64,000 nucleotides of DNA from Eubacteriales bacterium. GTDB lineage: Bacteria; Bacillota; Clostridia; Oscillospirales; CAG-272. Made by a program: the position numbers and the translations under genes. Location: positions 8,798 through 72,797 of the forward strand of contig JAZOML010000033.1 in assembly GCA_045653945.1 (NCBI GenBank). Reading direction: 5' to 3'. Of the stretch, positions 53,409 through 62,626 are shown in pieces. The notes beneath the pieces are model-generated. The model was not told the origin of the DNA, made no database searches, and worked only from the letters and a program-made list of their open reading frames with translations. How positions within the stretch are numbered: the stretch's first letter is position 1; each line of letters opens with the position of its first letter.

Positions 53409-53693
53409 ATGGCAGAGCTTCAAAACAATCGCACGGCAGCAAAAAAACACACCCTGGAAATGGCGGAGCGAAAAACTCTTACAGTGTGCGGAGTGCAGGA
53501 CGTTATCAGCTTTGATGACACTTGTATTCTTTTATCCACTGTTTGCGGAGTTATGTCTATTGACGGAGCTGACTTGCGTATAGTCAGTCTTGACCTTGAA
53601 AGCGGAAGGGTTGAAATCTCGGGGAACGTAAACGGAATTATTTATCCTGAAAGCGTAAGTAAAGGCGGCTTTTTCCGTAGGAAGCAAAAATAA
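53409..53693 (+). CDS. yabP: Sporulation protein YabP
   Basis: About 94 aa. The LEMAERKTLTVCGVQDVISFDD ... IDGADLRIVSLDLESGRVEISGNVNGI pattern is typical of YabP. Confidence 0.85.
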   Translation: MAELQNNRTAAKKHTLEMAERKTLTVCGVQDVISFDDTCILLSTVCGVMSIDGADLRIVSLDLESGRVEISGNVNGIIYPESVSKGGFFRRKQK

Positions 53694-54295
53694 TGTTTGC
53701 AAATACCGAGGCATTTTTTATTCTCGCCGTATATTCGCTTATCATAGGTGCTTGTCTTGGGATATTTTACGATACTCTAATGACGGTTGCCGAGGCAATT
53801 TTTCCAAAAGTGGACAAAATACCAAAAAAGAGAGTCCTTGGGGCGAATTCGCACGAGGCGGAACGCTCACTTTTCCCGTATAAATGGAAATTCGGAGCAA
53901 GAGAGGTGCTTTTTCTTGTATTTGACCTTATTTTTTGGAGCGTAAGCGCTATAACAGTGATAATACTGCTGTATCATTTAAATTACGGTCAAATAAGGGT
54001 ATTTTCGCTTTTTTGTGCTTTTGGTGGCTTTTGGATTTTTAGAAAAACAATTGGAAAGCCTATTCGAGCTATAATTAAATGGGTATTAAAAAAAGCACTG
54101 CTTATTTTGAAAAAAACGTTTTCAATTCTAAAAAGTTTGCTCGGATTTTTATTAATGCCTTTACAAAAGACGCTAATAAAATTCGTAATACCCAAAATTG
54201 AAAAGCGAAAGCTTGTCAGAAATCGCAGGAAAACAAGAAAATATCTTGCTTTAATGCAGGAAAACGAAATAAAACTAAGGAAAATCGGAAAATGA
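53693..54295 (+). CDS. yabQ: Spore cortex biosynthesis protein YabQ
   Basis: Membrane protein with 4-5 TM helices directly coupled to yabP (TAATG overlap), plus a basic C-terminal tail. Confidence 0.75.
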   Translation: MFANTEAFFILAVYSLIIGACLGIFYDTLMTVAEAIFPKVDKIPKKRVLGANSHEAERSLFPYKWKFGAREVLFLVFDLIFWSVSAITVIILLYHLNYGQIRVFSLFCAFGGFWIFRKTIGKPIRAIIKWVLKKALLILKKTFSILKSLLGFLLMPLQKTLIKFVIPKIEKRKLVRNRRKTRKYLALMQENEIKLRKIGK

Positions 54296-55137
54296 GAGAA
54301 GTAAAGGCATCGGCTTTGACCGATAAGGTAAAGGAGCTTTTTTTAAAAGCTAACGTAATACTGCCACACGATACCGAGGCGGCACTTTGCGTAGCCTGTA
54401 AAAATGAAATAAACCCCGTAGGTGCGTCCGCATTAAAGGTTGCAATGGATAACGCAGATGTTGCAAAAAGCGAGAATATGCCTATTTGTCAGGATACGGG
54501 TATGGCGGTTGTTTTCGTTGATATCGGAAGCGACGTACATATAACCGACGGCTCATATGAGGCGGCAATAAATGAGGGGGTACGTCAGGCGTATAAGGAA
54601 GGATATTTTCGACTTTCCGTTGTCGATGACCCGCTGTTTAACCGAAAAAATACAGGTGATAACACACCTGCCGTTATACATACGAGAATAGTTGACGGTG
54701 ATAAAATTGATATACGAGTTGAGCCTAAGGGCTTTGGCTCGGAGAATATGAGCAAAATAAAAATGTTTAATCCCTCAATTGACAGGCAGGCGATAATCGA
54801 TTTTGCTGTGCAAACGGTAAAGGAGGCAGGCGGCAATCCTTGTCCGCCGGTTGTGCTGGGAATAGGTATAGGCGGCACGTTTGACTACACTGCCGTACTT
54901 GCAAAAAAAGCGTTGACGAGAAATATTTCGGAGCGTAATAAAAATCCTCTTTACGCCGAGCTTGAAAACGATATTTTGGTAGCTCTCAACGAAACAGGAG
55001 TCGGGCCGCAGGGCTTTGGCGGTAAAAAAACCGCACTTGCAGTAAATATAGAATATTTCCCGACACACATAGCAGGACTTCCCGTAGCGATAAACGTTAA
55101 CTGCCACGTTGCAAGACACGCAGAGGGGCAAATATAA
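54292..55137 (+). CDS. Fe-S type (class I) fumarate/tartrate hydro-lyase, alpha subunit only
   Basis: PICQDTGMAVVF, PKGFGSENMS and GIGIGGT motifs of the FumA/TtdA N-terminal catalytic domain. Its start overlaps the yabQ stop (ATGA). Confidence 0.85.
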   Translation: MREVKASALTDKVKELFLKANVILPHDTEAALCVACKNEINPVGASALKVAMDNADVAKSENMPICQDTGMAVVFVDIGSDVHITDGSYEAAINEGVRQAYKEGYFRLSVVDDPLFNRKNTGDNTPAVIHTRIVDGDKIDIRVEPKGFGSENMSKIKMFNPSIDRQAIIDFAVQTVKEAGGNPCPPVVLGIGIGGTFDYTAVLAKKALTRNISERNKNPLYAELENDILVALNETGVGPQGFGGKKTALAVNIEYFPTHIAGLPVAINVNCHVARHAEGQI

Positions 55138-55145
55138 AGTAATTG

Positions 55146-55185
55146 AAAACCACCCGTAAACTTTGATGTTACGGGTGGTTTTTTA
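55146..55185 (+). terminator. Terminator after the hydro-lyase alpha subunit gene
   Basis: AAAACCACCCGTA-aactttgatgt-TACGGGTGGTTTTTT. Confidence 0.8.
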
Positions 55186-55248
55186 TTGACAAATAAAGTC
55201 GGATATGATAGAATAATGAGGTATTTATTTTAAAAAGGATTTGCACAA

Positions 55249-56607
55249 ATGGAAGTAATGGCAAAAGAAAATAAAATGGGAACGATGAAGATACCGAGCC
55301 TGCTTTATTCGGTATCGCTTCCTATAATTATATCAATGCTAATTCAGGCACTGTATAATATTATTGACTCGGTGTACGTTGCACAGTTTGATAATATAGC
55401 GGGAACGGGAGCGCTTACTCTTGCATTTCCGATACAAAACCTGATGATAGCAACCTCAGTCGGTCTTGCAGTGGGTATGAACGCCCTGCTTTCCCGCTCG
55501 CTTGGACAAAAGAATTTTGATAAAGCAAACCTTGTTGCAGGTCAGGGAATTTTCCTTGCGTTTTGTGGATACCTTATATTCCTTGTTATCGGACTTTTTG
55601 TGGTGACACCGTATTCTGTAAGCTCTTCGGGTAACAATCCGCTTCTTGCACAGTACAGCAGTGAGTATATCTCTATTGTTTGTATTGGTTCGTTTGGAGT
55701 TTTCACTGAAATTGCAATGGAAAGACTTCTGCAAGCGACGGGAAAATCCGTTTACAGTATGATAACACAGATGACGGGTGCAATAATAAATATCGTGCTT
55801 GACCCGATACTCATTTTCGGTTGGCTTGGACTTCCTGCGATGGGAATAAAGGGAGCGGCGATAGCGACGGTTATCGGACAGTGCTTTGCGGGTGCGATGG
55901 GAATTGTACTTAATATTGCCGTAAACAAGGAAATAAAACTTGCATTTAAAAATATGATACCAAAGCTTAAAGTGATTATAGAAATGCTTACAATTGGTAT
56001 CCCCGCAATACTTATGCAGGCAATAGGATCGGTAATGACGTTTTGTATGAATAAGATACTCATTGGATTTTCCGAGGAAGCGCTCAACGTATTCGGACTT
56101 TATTTCAAGCTACAAAGCTTTATATTTATGCCTATTTTCGGACTTAATAACGGTATGATTCCGATAGTTTCTTATAACTTCGGAGCGCAAAAGAAGGACA
56201 GAGTATTCGCTACCGTAAAGCTTGCCACCGTAACCGCCATTGCATATATGTTCCTTGGACTTTCGGTATTTCACGCTGTTCCCGACGTTTTGCTTGGATT
56301 TTTCGATGCTTCGGAAATGATGCTCGTTATAGGCAGAAAGGCGCTACGTATCATAAGCCTTAGCTTTATATTTGCAGGCTTTTCGGTAATCTCAATAGCT
56401 ACCTGTCAGGCACTTGGTAAGAGTATTTATAGCCTGATAGTAAGCGTAGGCAGACAGCTTGTCGTTTTAATTCCAACCGCATTTTTACTTTCGCTTTCGG
56501 GCAATGTTGACGTTGTTTGGTTTGCTTTCCCGATTGCCGAATTAATGAGCCTTATGCTTTGTGCTTATTTCCTTATAAGAGTGCTTAAAAAATCGTTTCC
56601 AAAATAA
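55249..56607 (+). CDS. MATE family efflux transporter
   Basis: Twelve TM helices and an N-terminal LPIIISMLIQALYNIIDSVYV pattern typical of MATE/NorM proteins. Confidence 0.85.
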   Translation: MEVMAKENKMGTMKIPSLLYSVSLPIIISMLIQALYNIIDSVYVAQFDNIAGTGALTLAFPIQNLMIATSVGLAVGMNALLSRSLGQKNFDKANLVAGQGIFLAFCGYLIFLVIGLFVVTPYSVSSSGNNPLLAQYSSEYISIVCIGSFGVFTEIAMERLLQATGKSVYSMITQMTGAIINIVLDPILIFGWLGLPAMGIKGAAIATVIGQCFAGAMGIVLNIAVNKEIKLAFKNMIPKLKVIIEMLTIGIPAILMQAIGSVMTFCMNKILIGFSEEALNVFGLYFKLQSFIFMPIFGLNNGMIPIVSYNFGAQKKDRVFATVKLATVTAIAYMFLGLSVFHAVPDVLLGFFDASEMMLVIGRKALRIISLSFIFAGFSVISIATCQALGKSIYSLIVSVGRQLVVLIPTAFLLSLSGNVDVVWFAFPIAELMSLMLCAYFLIRVLKKSFPK

Positions 56608-56609
56608 AA

Positions 56610-56633
56610 AAGGTTGAGCTAAGGCTCAACCTT
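56610..56633. terminator. Bidirectional terminator
   Basis: AAGGTTGAGC-taag-GCTCAACCTT. Confidence 0.65.
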
Positions 56634-56640
56634 CTTTTCG

Positions 56641-57039
56641 TTAATTTAAATTATCAAGCAATTTCTTTAGCTCTTTTTCAAGCTCTTTTAAAAATTGACG
56701 TATTTGCTCATTCCAATCAGAGAATAAATCACCGTATTCAGGTACAAGCTCTTCAAGAATTTCACATCTTTCCCAGTTATCCTCAGGTGGATAGCCTTCG
56801 GGAAATATTGCGCCAAGGCTATCAAGCACAAACGCCGCCTCATCAAGATTAAGAGAGCTTAAAAGCTCAATCAGGCGCTCGTGGTATGCACCGCAGTCCT
56901 CTCGGTAAAATATAGTAATATCCCCGTCATTTACTGCATTTATAAGCGATGCTAAAAGGAAAATATCCTGTTCTGAATCGGTAAGCTCAAAATAATCCTC
57001 GCTACCAGTTTGCATTATTCTTGTAAGAGTTTCGTTCAT
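56641..57039 (-). CDS. Small acidic cytoplasmic protein, unknown function (weak resemblance to DUF4375/DMP19-like proteins)
   Basis: I prefer ATG 57039, which overlaps the upstream MATE stop as ATGA. The INAVNDGDITIFY segment loosely recalls the NGG-F-xx-F motif of DUF4375. The assignment is tentative. Confidence 0.45.
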   Translation of the reverse strand: MNETLTRIMQTGSEDYFELTDSEQDIFLLASLINAVNDGDITIFYREDCGAYHERLIELLSSLNLDEAAFVLDSLGAIFPEGYPPEDNWERCEILEELVPEYGDLFSDWNEQIRQFLKELEKELKKLLDNLN

Positions 57040-58412
57040 ATTGTTGCTCCTTGTTGTTTTTTGAACTTTTTGATAAAAAATATACAGCAAATTGCCAGAG
57101 TGATAGCCGTAACACCCCACGTTATCGGATAGCAGAGATAAAGTGTGGTCTGTACGGGATTTATCGGGAATATAAGTTTAACCCAAATAATACGCAACAG
57201 ACAAGCTCCGGAAAGCGATACTATCATTGAAATAAAGGTACGTCCTATAGCTCTCATAAATCCTGCGAGGTTATCCATAATACCGCAAAGGAAATATGTG
57301 GATAGGATTATTGAAGAGCGGAATACGGCAGCATCTGTAACGAGCGTGGGATTTCCCTGTTCGGGATTTATAAAGAGCTGTACGAGAATTGGTGTGAGGG
57401 CAAGTAGAGTAAAAGAAACAGCCGCTCCAATTACGGTAACCTGCAAAATGGAATAAATAATAGTTTTTTGTATCCTATCGGTTTTCTTTGCGCCGTGATT
57501 TTGACCAACTACGGTTATAACCGCTTGGCTGAAGCTATTCATCACTGTATAAGCAAAGCCCTCAATAGTGCCGCCGATAGTGTTTCCCGAAATTGTTTCA
57601 AGCGGAAAGGTATTAACTGCACTTTGAATAATTATATTTGATATAGAGAATAGTGAGGACTGAATACCGGAGGGAACACCTAAAAGCAGTATTTTTTTTA
57701 GAGATATACGGTCAATCCGAAGCTTTTTAAAGGAAAAAGCATAGCAGTCCTTTGATTTAAGCAAAACGCAAATAACTGCAATAGCCGATGCGTATTGCGA
57801 AATTACAGTGGCAAGTGCAACACCCTCGACGTCAAGTCCGAAGCAAATAACGAAAATAAGATTAAGAATAACGTTCAGTATTCCCGAAAGCGAGAGGATA
57901 ATAAGAGGGGTTTTTGAGTTACCCCCCGCTCTTAAAATACCTGCGCCAAAATTATAAACCGAGGTTGCAGGGATACCAAGACAAATTAAACGGATATAAA
58001 GCACTGCATCCTCAAGGATAATCTCGTTTGTGTCCATAAGAATAAGCATCGGCTTTGAAATAAGAAGTCCGATGGACATAAACAAAAAACCGCATATAAC
58101 GGAAAATGCAATCGATGTGTGTACTGCAAAGGAAACGTCATTATATTTTTTTGCTCCGATATGCTGTGCAACAAGAATTGGTGCACCTATTGACAGACCG
58201 ATAACAATGTTAACAATAAGATTATAAAGGCTGTTGGTTGAGCCAACCGCCGCAATTGCGTTTGGATTTGATGAAAAACGTCCTACGACCATATGGTCGG
58301 CAGCGTTGTAGAGCAGCTGAAGTATTCCCGTCAGCATTATCGGGATAGTAAATAAGAATATCCTTGTAAAAAGTGGACCTTCGGTAAAATCCTTTTTTTT
58401 AACTGTTTGCAT
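57036..58412 (-). CDS. MATE family efflux transporter
   Basis: Twelve TM helices and an N-terminal FTIPIMLTGILQLLYNAADHMVVG pattern. Confidence 0.85.
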   Translation of the reverse strand: MQTVKKKDFTEGPLFTRIFLFTIPIMLTGILQLLYNAADHMVVGRFSSNPNAIAAVGSTNSLYNLIVNIVIGLSIGAPILVAQHIGAKKYNDVSFAVHTSIAFSVICGFLFMSIGLLISKPMLILMDTNEIILEDAVLYIRLICLGIPATSVYNFGAGILRAGGNSKTPLIILSLSGILNVILNLIFVICFGLDVEGVALATVISQYASAIAVICVLLKSKDCYAFSFKKLRIDRISLKKILLLGVPSGIQSSLFSISNIIIQSAVNTFPLETISGNTIGGTIEGFAYTVMNSFSQAVITVVGQNHGAKKTDRIQKTIIYSILQVTVIGAAVSFTLLALTPILVQLFINPEQGNPTLVTDAAVFRSSIILSTYFLCGIMDNLAGFMRAIGRTFISMIVSLSGACLLRIIWVKLIFPINPVQTTLYLCYPITWGVTAITLAICCIFFIKKFKKQQGATI

Positions 58413-58569
58413 TTAAAACCTATCTTTCTGAAATGGGCAATAAGTTACTTCTTTAATTTCATTATACACCGTTAGAAGAATTTGTCAATGAATTTTCAAA
58501 ATTAACTTGCAATATTTTTTATTATATGTTAATATAAATTATAACTTACTTATGCGAGGAAAAAACGTT

Positions 58570-59361
58570 ATGATTTTTGAAAAAATAAAGCTTGGAAATG
58601 CAGACTTGTTTATATATAGGCCCGATGCGGCAATTAACAGACCCGCAATGCTTGTTATACCCGGCGGAGGATACGGTGCAATATGTACAGAACGCGAGGG
58701 AGAGCCGGTTGCTCACACGTTCCTTGCAAAGGGCTACGTGTCCTTTTTACTGCATTATTCCATATATCCTAACGCTAAAAATAACACTCCTCTTATTGAG
58801 GCAAGTATGGCTATGGCATACATAAGGCGCAATGCTGAAAGATTTGGTGTTGATAAGAACAAGGTGTACGCAATAGGCTTTTCGGCAGGCGGACATCTCG
58901 CCACCTCTCTTGCAACTCTTTGGCACAGAGAGGAAATAGTAAAGGGTGCAGGTATTGAATACGGAGAAAATAAACCTGAAGCGGTTATAGCCTGTTATCC
59001 CGTTGTTTCTGGAACTAATCACCCTCATTTCGCTTCATTTCAAAACCTTACGGGACAGGTAAATCCCACTCCCGAAATGATAGACTATTATAGTCTTGAA
59101 AAACACGTTGATAAGCGTTCCTCCCCTGCATTTATAATTCATACGGCAGAGGATACCCTTGTACCCGTACAAAACTCAATTTGCCTTGCAAAAGCTTACG
59201 CCGATGCAGGAGTTCAGTTTGAATTCCATATATTTCCACACTGCGACCACGGTTTTGTGCTTGGAAACGACCTTACGCAAAAGCCTGACGGAAGCTTTAA
59301 CGATCCGCAATACGCAAGATTTGTTGACGATGCAATTTATTTCTTTAAGCATTTAAAATAA
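58570..59361 (+). CDS. Alpha/beta hydrolase (acetyl esterase-like)
   Basis: PGGGY oxyanion region, nucleophile elbow GFSAGGH, HTAEDTLVP and a C-terminal catalytic His (CDHGF). I prefer ATG 58570. Confidence 0.8.
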   Translation: MIFEKIKLGNADLFIYRPDAAINRPAMLVIPGGGYGAICTEREGEPVAHTFLAKGYVSFLLHYSIYPNAKNNTPLIEASMAMAYIRRNAERFGVDKNKVYAIGFSAGGHLATSLATLWHREEIVKGAGIEYGENKPEAVIACYPVVSGTNHPHFASFQNLTGQVNPTPEMIDYYSLEKHVDKRSSPAFIIHTAEDTLVPVQNSICLAKAYADAGVQFEFHIFPHCDHGFVLGNDLTQKPDGSFNDPQYARFVDDAIYFFKHLK

Positions 59362-59373
59362 GGAGTAAAGATT

Positions 59374-60174
59374 ATGTTTTTTAATAAAATTAAGCTTGGT
59401 AACGCCGAGCTCCATATTTATAAGCCCGATATGGCTAAAAATTACCCTGCTATGCTGGTTATCCCCGGCGGCGGATACGCTCAGGTATGCGCAGACCGAG
59501 AGGGTGAGCCTATCGCTATGGCGTATGCGTCAAGAGGCTACGTTTGTGCAGTTCTTTTTTACTCGGTAGCAAAGGCGCTTCCCGAAAACTGCCCACTTGC
59601 TGAGGCAAGTAAGGCGATTGCATATCTTCGCCGAAACAGTGAAGAACTTGGAATTGACAAAAATAAGGTCTACGCAGTAGGCTTTTCGGCAGGCGGACAC
59701 CTCTGCGGTTCACTTGCAACCCTATGGCACAAAGATAATATTATTGAAAAGGCAGGTATAAAGTACGGTGAAAATAAGCCTACGGCAGTAGTTCTTTGCT
59801 ATCCCGTAATATCCGCTGAAAATATATGCGAGAAGCCACACCTTGGCTCGTTTTACAATCTGCTCGGTACAACTGCACTGACAAAAGATGATATTGATGC
59901 GTGGTCGCTTGAAAAGCACGTTGACGAGCGTACATCTCCTGCATTTATCATACATACGGCAGAGGATACCGTTGTTCCCGTACAAAATGCAATCGTTATG
60001 GCAAACGCCTACGCAAACGCAGGTATTCAGCAGGAGCTTCACATCTACCCACACGGGCCTCACGGATTTGGACTTGGAAACCGTATAACCGATCAGGGCG
60101 ACGGCGCTTGGATTGATGAAAAATACGCAAGATGGGTTGATGACAGTATATACTTTTTTGAACATTTAAAATAA
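59374..60174 (+). CDS. Alpha/beta hydrolase (acetyl esterase-like), tandem paralog
   Basis: Collinear with the previous protein, with the same PGGGY, GFSAGGH, HTAEDTVVP and HGF motifs. Confidence 0.8.
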   Translation: MFFNKIKLGNAELHIYKPDMAKNYPAMLVIPGGGYAQVCADREGEPIAMAYASRGYVCAVLFYSVAKALPENCPLAEASKAIAYLRRNSEELGIDKNKVYAVGFSAGGHLCGSLATLWHKDNIIEKAGIKYGENKPTAVVLCYPVISAENICEKPHLGSFYNLLGTTALTKDDIDAWSLEKHVDERTSPAFIIHTAEDTVVPVQNAIVMANAYANAGIQQELHIYPHGPHGFGLGNRITDQGDGAWIDEKYARWVDDSIYFFEHLK

Positions 60175-60176
60175 GA

Positions 60177-60199
60177 TTAAGGGGGCAAAAGCCCCCTTA
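60177..60199. terminator. Bidirectional terminator between the esterase and dpaB genes
   Basis: TAAGGGGGC-aaaa-GCCCCCTTA. Confidence 0.7.
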
Positions 60200-60760
60200 T
60201 TTTAATAATAACGGTTGCAGCTGTTTACCCTGCATAGCCAAATCGAGCGTTTGCTCTAAAAGAGAAAAATCACTTATCAGTGAGTAGGGCTTTCCCATTG
60301 GAGCGTCTTGACCAAACGGCACAAAATAAACGCTTTTTCGTGTTAAAATTGTACCGATATTTTTCAGATTTCCCGAAAGTGCGTCGTTGGTCGAAATTGC
60401 AATTATAAGCGGCCTGTCGCACCTGAGATGAGCCTTAACTGCCATAGTTACCGCACCGTCGGTTATACCGTGTGATATTTTTGCAAGGGTGTTTCCCGTA
60501 CAGGGACAAATAATCATAGCGTCAAGAGGATTTTTAGGGCCGAGAGGCTCGGCGTCAACAATCGTGCAAATAGGTTCTTTTCCGCATATTTCCGTAAGAG
60601 CGCGAAAGGTGTTTTCCGCTTTTCCAAAGCGTGTGTCGGTTGACCTTACCGCCTCGCTTATTATTGGATATATATCGTGATTTTTTGCAAGATTTTTTAA
60701 GGCTTCAAGCGAGTGAGCAACGGTACAAAACGAGCCGCAAAGACAGTAACCGATTTTCAA
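60197..60760 (-). CDS. dpaB: Dipicolinate synthase subunit B (SpoVFB)
   Basis: Flavoprotein-like, about 190 aa, with GYCLCGSFCT near the N-terminus. Coupled to dpaA (4-nt overlap). Confidence 0.85.
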   Translation of the reverse strand: MKIGYCLCGSFCTVAHSLEALKNLAKNHDIYPIISEAVRSTDTRFGKAENTFRALTEICGKEPICTIVDAEPLGPKNPLDAMIICPCTGNTLAKISHGITDGAVTMAVKAHLRCDRPLIIAISTNDALSGNLKNIGTILTRKSVYFVPFGQDAPMGKPYSLISDFSLLEQTLDLAMQGKQLQPLLLK

Positions 60761-61623
60761 GGCGTATCACCTCCTACCGCTAATTTATCCCGTATTTCAT
60801 CGCAAATAATTTTTGCGGCGGTTTCGGGTGCATATTTCCCGGGAAGTGAAAGTGCCCATATTGCTTTTAGTCCGAGAGTCTTTACCTCAGAAAGGTTTAC
60901 GCCACCGGGGGCTGAGGCTAGGTCGATTATAAGCGTATTTTTGTTCAAAACGGAAAGCTCTTGTCTGTCGAGTATCATAGCAGGTACGGTATTGAAAATT
61001 ACGTTTGAGGTAGCTAACATTTCTTTTATATCCGCTATATTAAATCCTGCCGCTCCATCGCAATTAGCACAAGCAATCGCCTCGCTACGCCTTGCAAAAA
61101 CACTTACCTTGCCGCCAAGAGCAATAAGTCTGCGGGTGAGAAGCCTTGCTATACGCCCATATCCTATCACCGCACTGTGTGAGTCTTGAATATTTATCGG
61201 TAGCTCTCGCATTGCGATTTCAATAGCACCCTCAGCAGTACAAAGCGCATTTTTTACAAGAAGCGCCTCACTTTTTGCAAAATCGTATACTTCGATTCCT
61301 CTTTTGTCAATTTCCAAAAGTAGCTCTTTTTTGAAATTGCCGCCGATTATTTTGCTTACTCCGAAGCGTGTGAAGGTGTCAAGTAAGTGCAAAATTCGCA
61401 GCCGCCCGTCATCACTAGATGAGCTTAAAAACACACCGTCAGGGGAAACAGGTAATGGCAAAATTACCACTTTTGCTCCTTCAAGCGCGAATTCAAGCGA
61501 GTGGAAATTTTCATAACCCGTTACACCGTAGGCACTAACCGAAAAGCCCTCATTTGAAAGCTGATTTGCAAGATAACCCTGTCGCCTATCTCCGCCGATT
61601 ACACATATTTTTATATCTTTCAT
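60757..61623 (-). CDS. dpaA: Dipicolinate synthase subunit A (SpoVFA)
   Basis: About 290 aa, dehydrogenase-like with a VIGYGRIAR Rossmann motif. The dpaA-dpaB order is conserved. Confidence 0.85.
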   Translation of the reverse strand: MKDIKICVIGGDRRQGYLANQLSNEGFSVSAYGVTGYENFHSLEFALEGAKVVILPLPVSPDGVFLSSSSDDGRLRILHLLDTFTRFGVSKIIGGNFKKELLLEIDKRGIEVYDFAKSEALLVKNALCTAEGAIEIAMRELPINIQDSHSAVIGYGRIARLLTRRLIALGGKVSVFARRSEAIACANCDGAAGFNIADIKEMLATSNVIFNTVPAMILDRQELSVLNKNTLIIDLASAPGGVNLSEVKTLGLKAIWALSLPGKYAPETAAKIICDEIRDKLAVGGDTP

Positions 61624-61798
61624 TTTTTATAATTCCTTTCAAGCAGCAATAGTGCCTTTATTTGAAATTATATGCAACGTTGGGTGTCCTTGACAAAGAT
61701 AATATGAAGGTGAAATAACAGCAAAAAAATAATTGTTGACTTTTGGCATATTTTATATTATAATAGTATTAAGAAAAATATGTTTTTCGGAGGCAGAC

Positions 61799-62599
61799 GT
61801 GATTATAAGAATATATAAGCTGCTTGTTACGGCGGCCATAACCGTTTTGTCGGTATTTATTTTTGAAGAGTGCGCACCGTATATTCTTATACCTATTGCA
61901 CTTGTTGTTGGATACCTTATTTCCAATGTTTTAATTTGGCTGTTTATTATCGGAGTTGCTTTGATAGCAAGTAAAAATCCGAAAAAGAGCAAAATCAGCC
62001 TTTTTTACGGTTCTGTACTTAATGTGGCATTTTCCGAGGTTTGCAAATTTGCAAGGATGAAAATTAAGGTTACAGGTAAGGAAATTATCCCTGATAAGCC
62101 ATACCTTCTCGTATGCAATCACCGTTCTAATTTCGATAACTTCGTTATCAGCTCGGTGATTAAAAATCCCTACCTTGTCTACATATCAAAGCCAGCAAAC
62201 TTCGATATTCCATTTGCAGGCAGAATAATCACACGTGCGGGATATATGCCGATAGATAAGGACGATCCCCGTAAAGCGCTCAAGGCTATTCATAAAGCGG
62301 CAGAGATAGTTAAAAACGACGGTGCATACGTTGGAGTTTTCCCTGAGGGAAGAAGAGTATTTGAAGGTCCGATGGTGCCGTTTAGTGAAGGATGCTTTCT
62401 TGTTGCTAAAAAGGCGGCTTGTCCTGTTTTGGTTTGCTCTCTTAAGGGCACTGAGGAGGTTAAAAAGCGCTTCCCGAGAAAGACCGTTATAAACCTTGAT
62501 TTCATTACCGTAATCGACGAAGAAACTGTTGCCGCAAAGCGCTCGGGCGATATTTCCGAAATTGCGTTTAATGCTATTAACGAAAACTTGAACAAATAA
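61799..62599 (+). CDS. plsC: 1-acyl-sn-glycerol-3-phosphate acyltransferase
   Basis: NHRSNFD (H-x4-D) and FPEGRR motifs. I prefer GTG 61799 (GGAGG Shine-Dalgarno), downstream of a TTGACT-17-TATAAT promoter that lies inside the track ORF's 5' end. Confidence 0.8.
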   Translation: MIIRIYKLLVTAAITVLSVFIFEECAPYILIPIALVVGYLISNVLIWLFIIGVALIASKNPKKSKISLFYGSVLNVAFSEVCKFARMKIKVTGKEIIPDKPYLLVCNHRSNFDNFVISSVIKNPYLVYISKPANFDIPFAGRIITRAGYMPIDKDDPRKALKAIHKAAEIVKNDGAYVGVFPEGRRVFEGPMVPFSEGCFLVAKKAACPVLVCSLKGTEEVKKRFPRKTVINLDFITVIDEETVAAKRSGDISEIAFNAINENLNK

Positions 62600-62626
62600 A
62601 AAATCAGCGAGAGGAAATCTCATTAT

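Noticed and set aside
61733-61798. N-terminal 22 codons of the track ORF for plsC
   Set aside because: This stretch contains the TTGACT-17-TATAAT promoter itself. GTG 61799, with a GGAGG Shine-Dalgarno, is the credible start.
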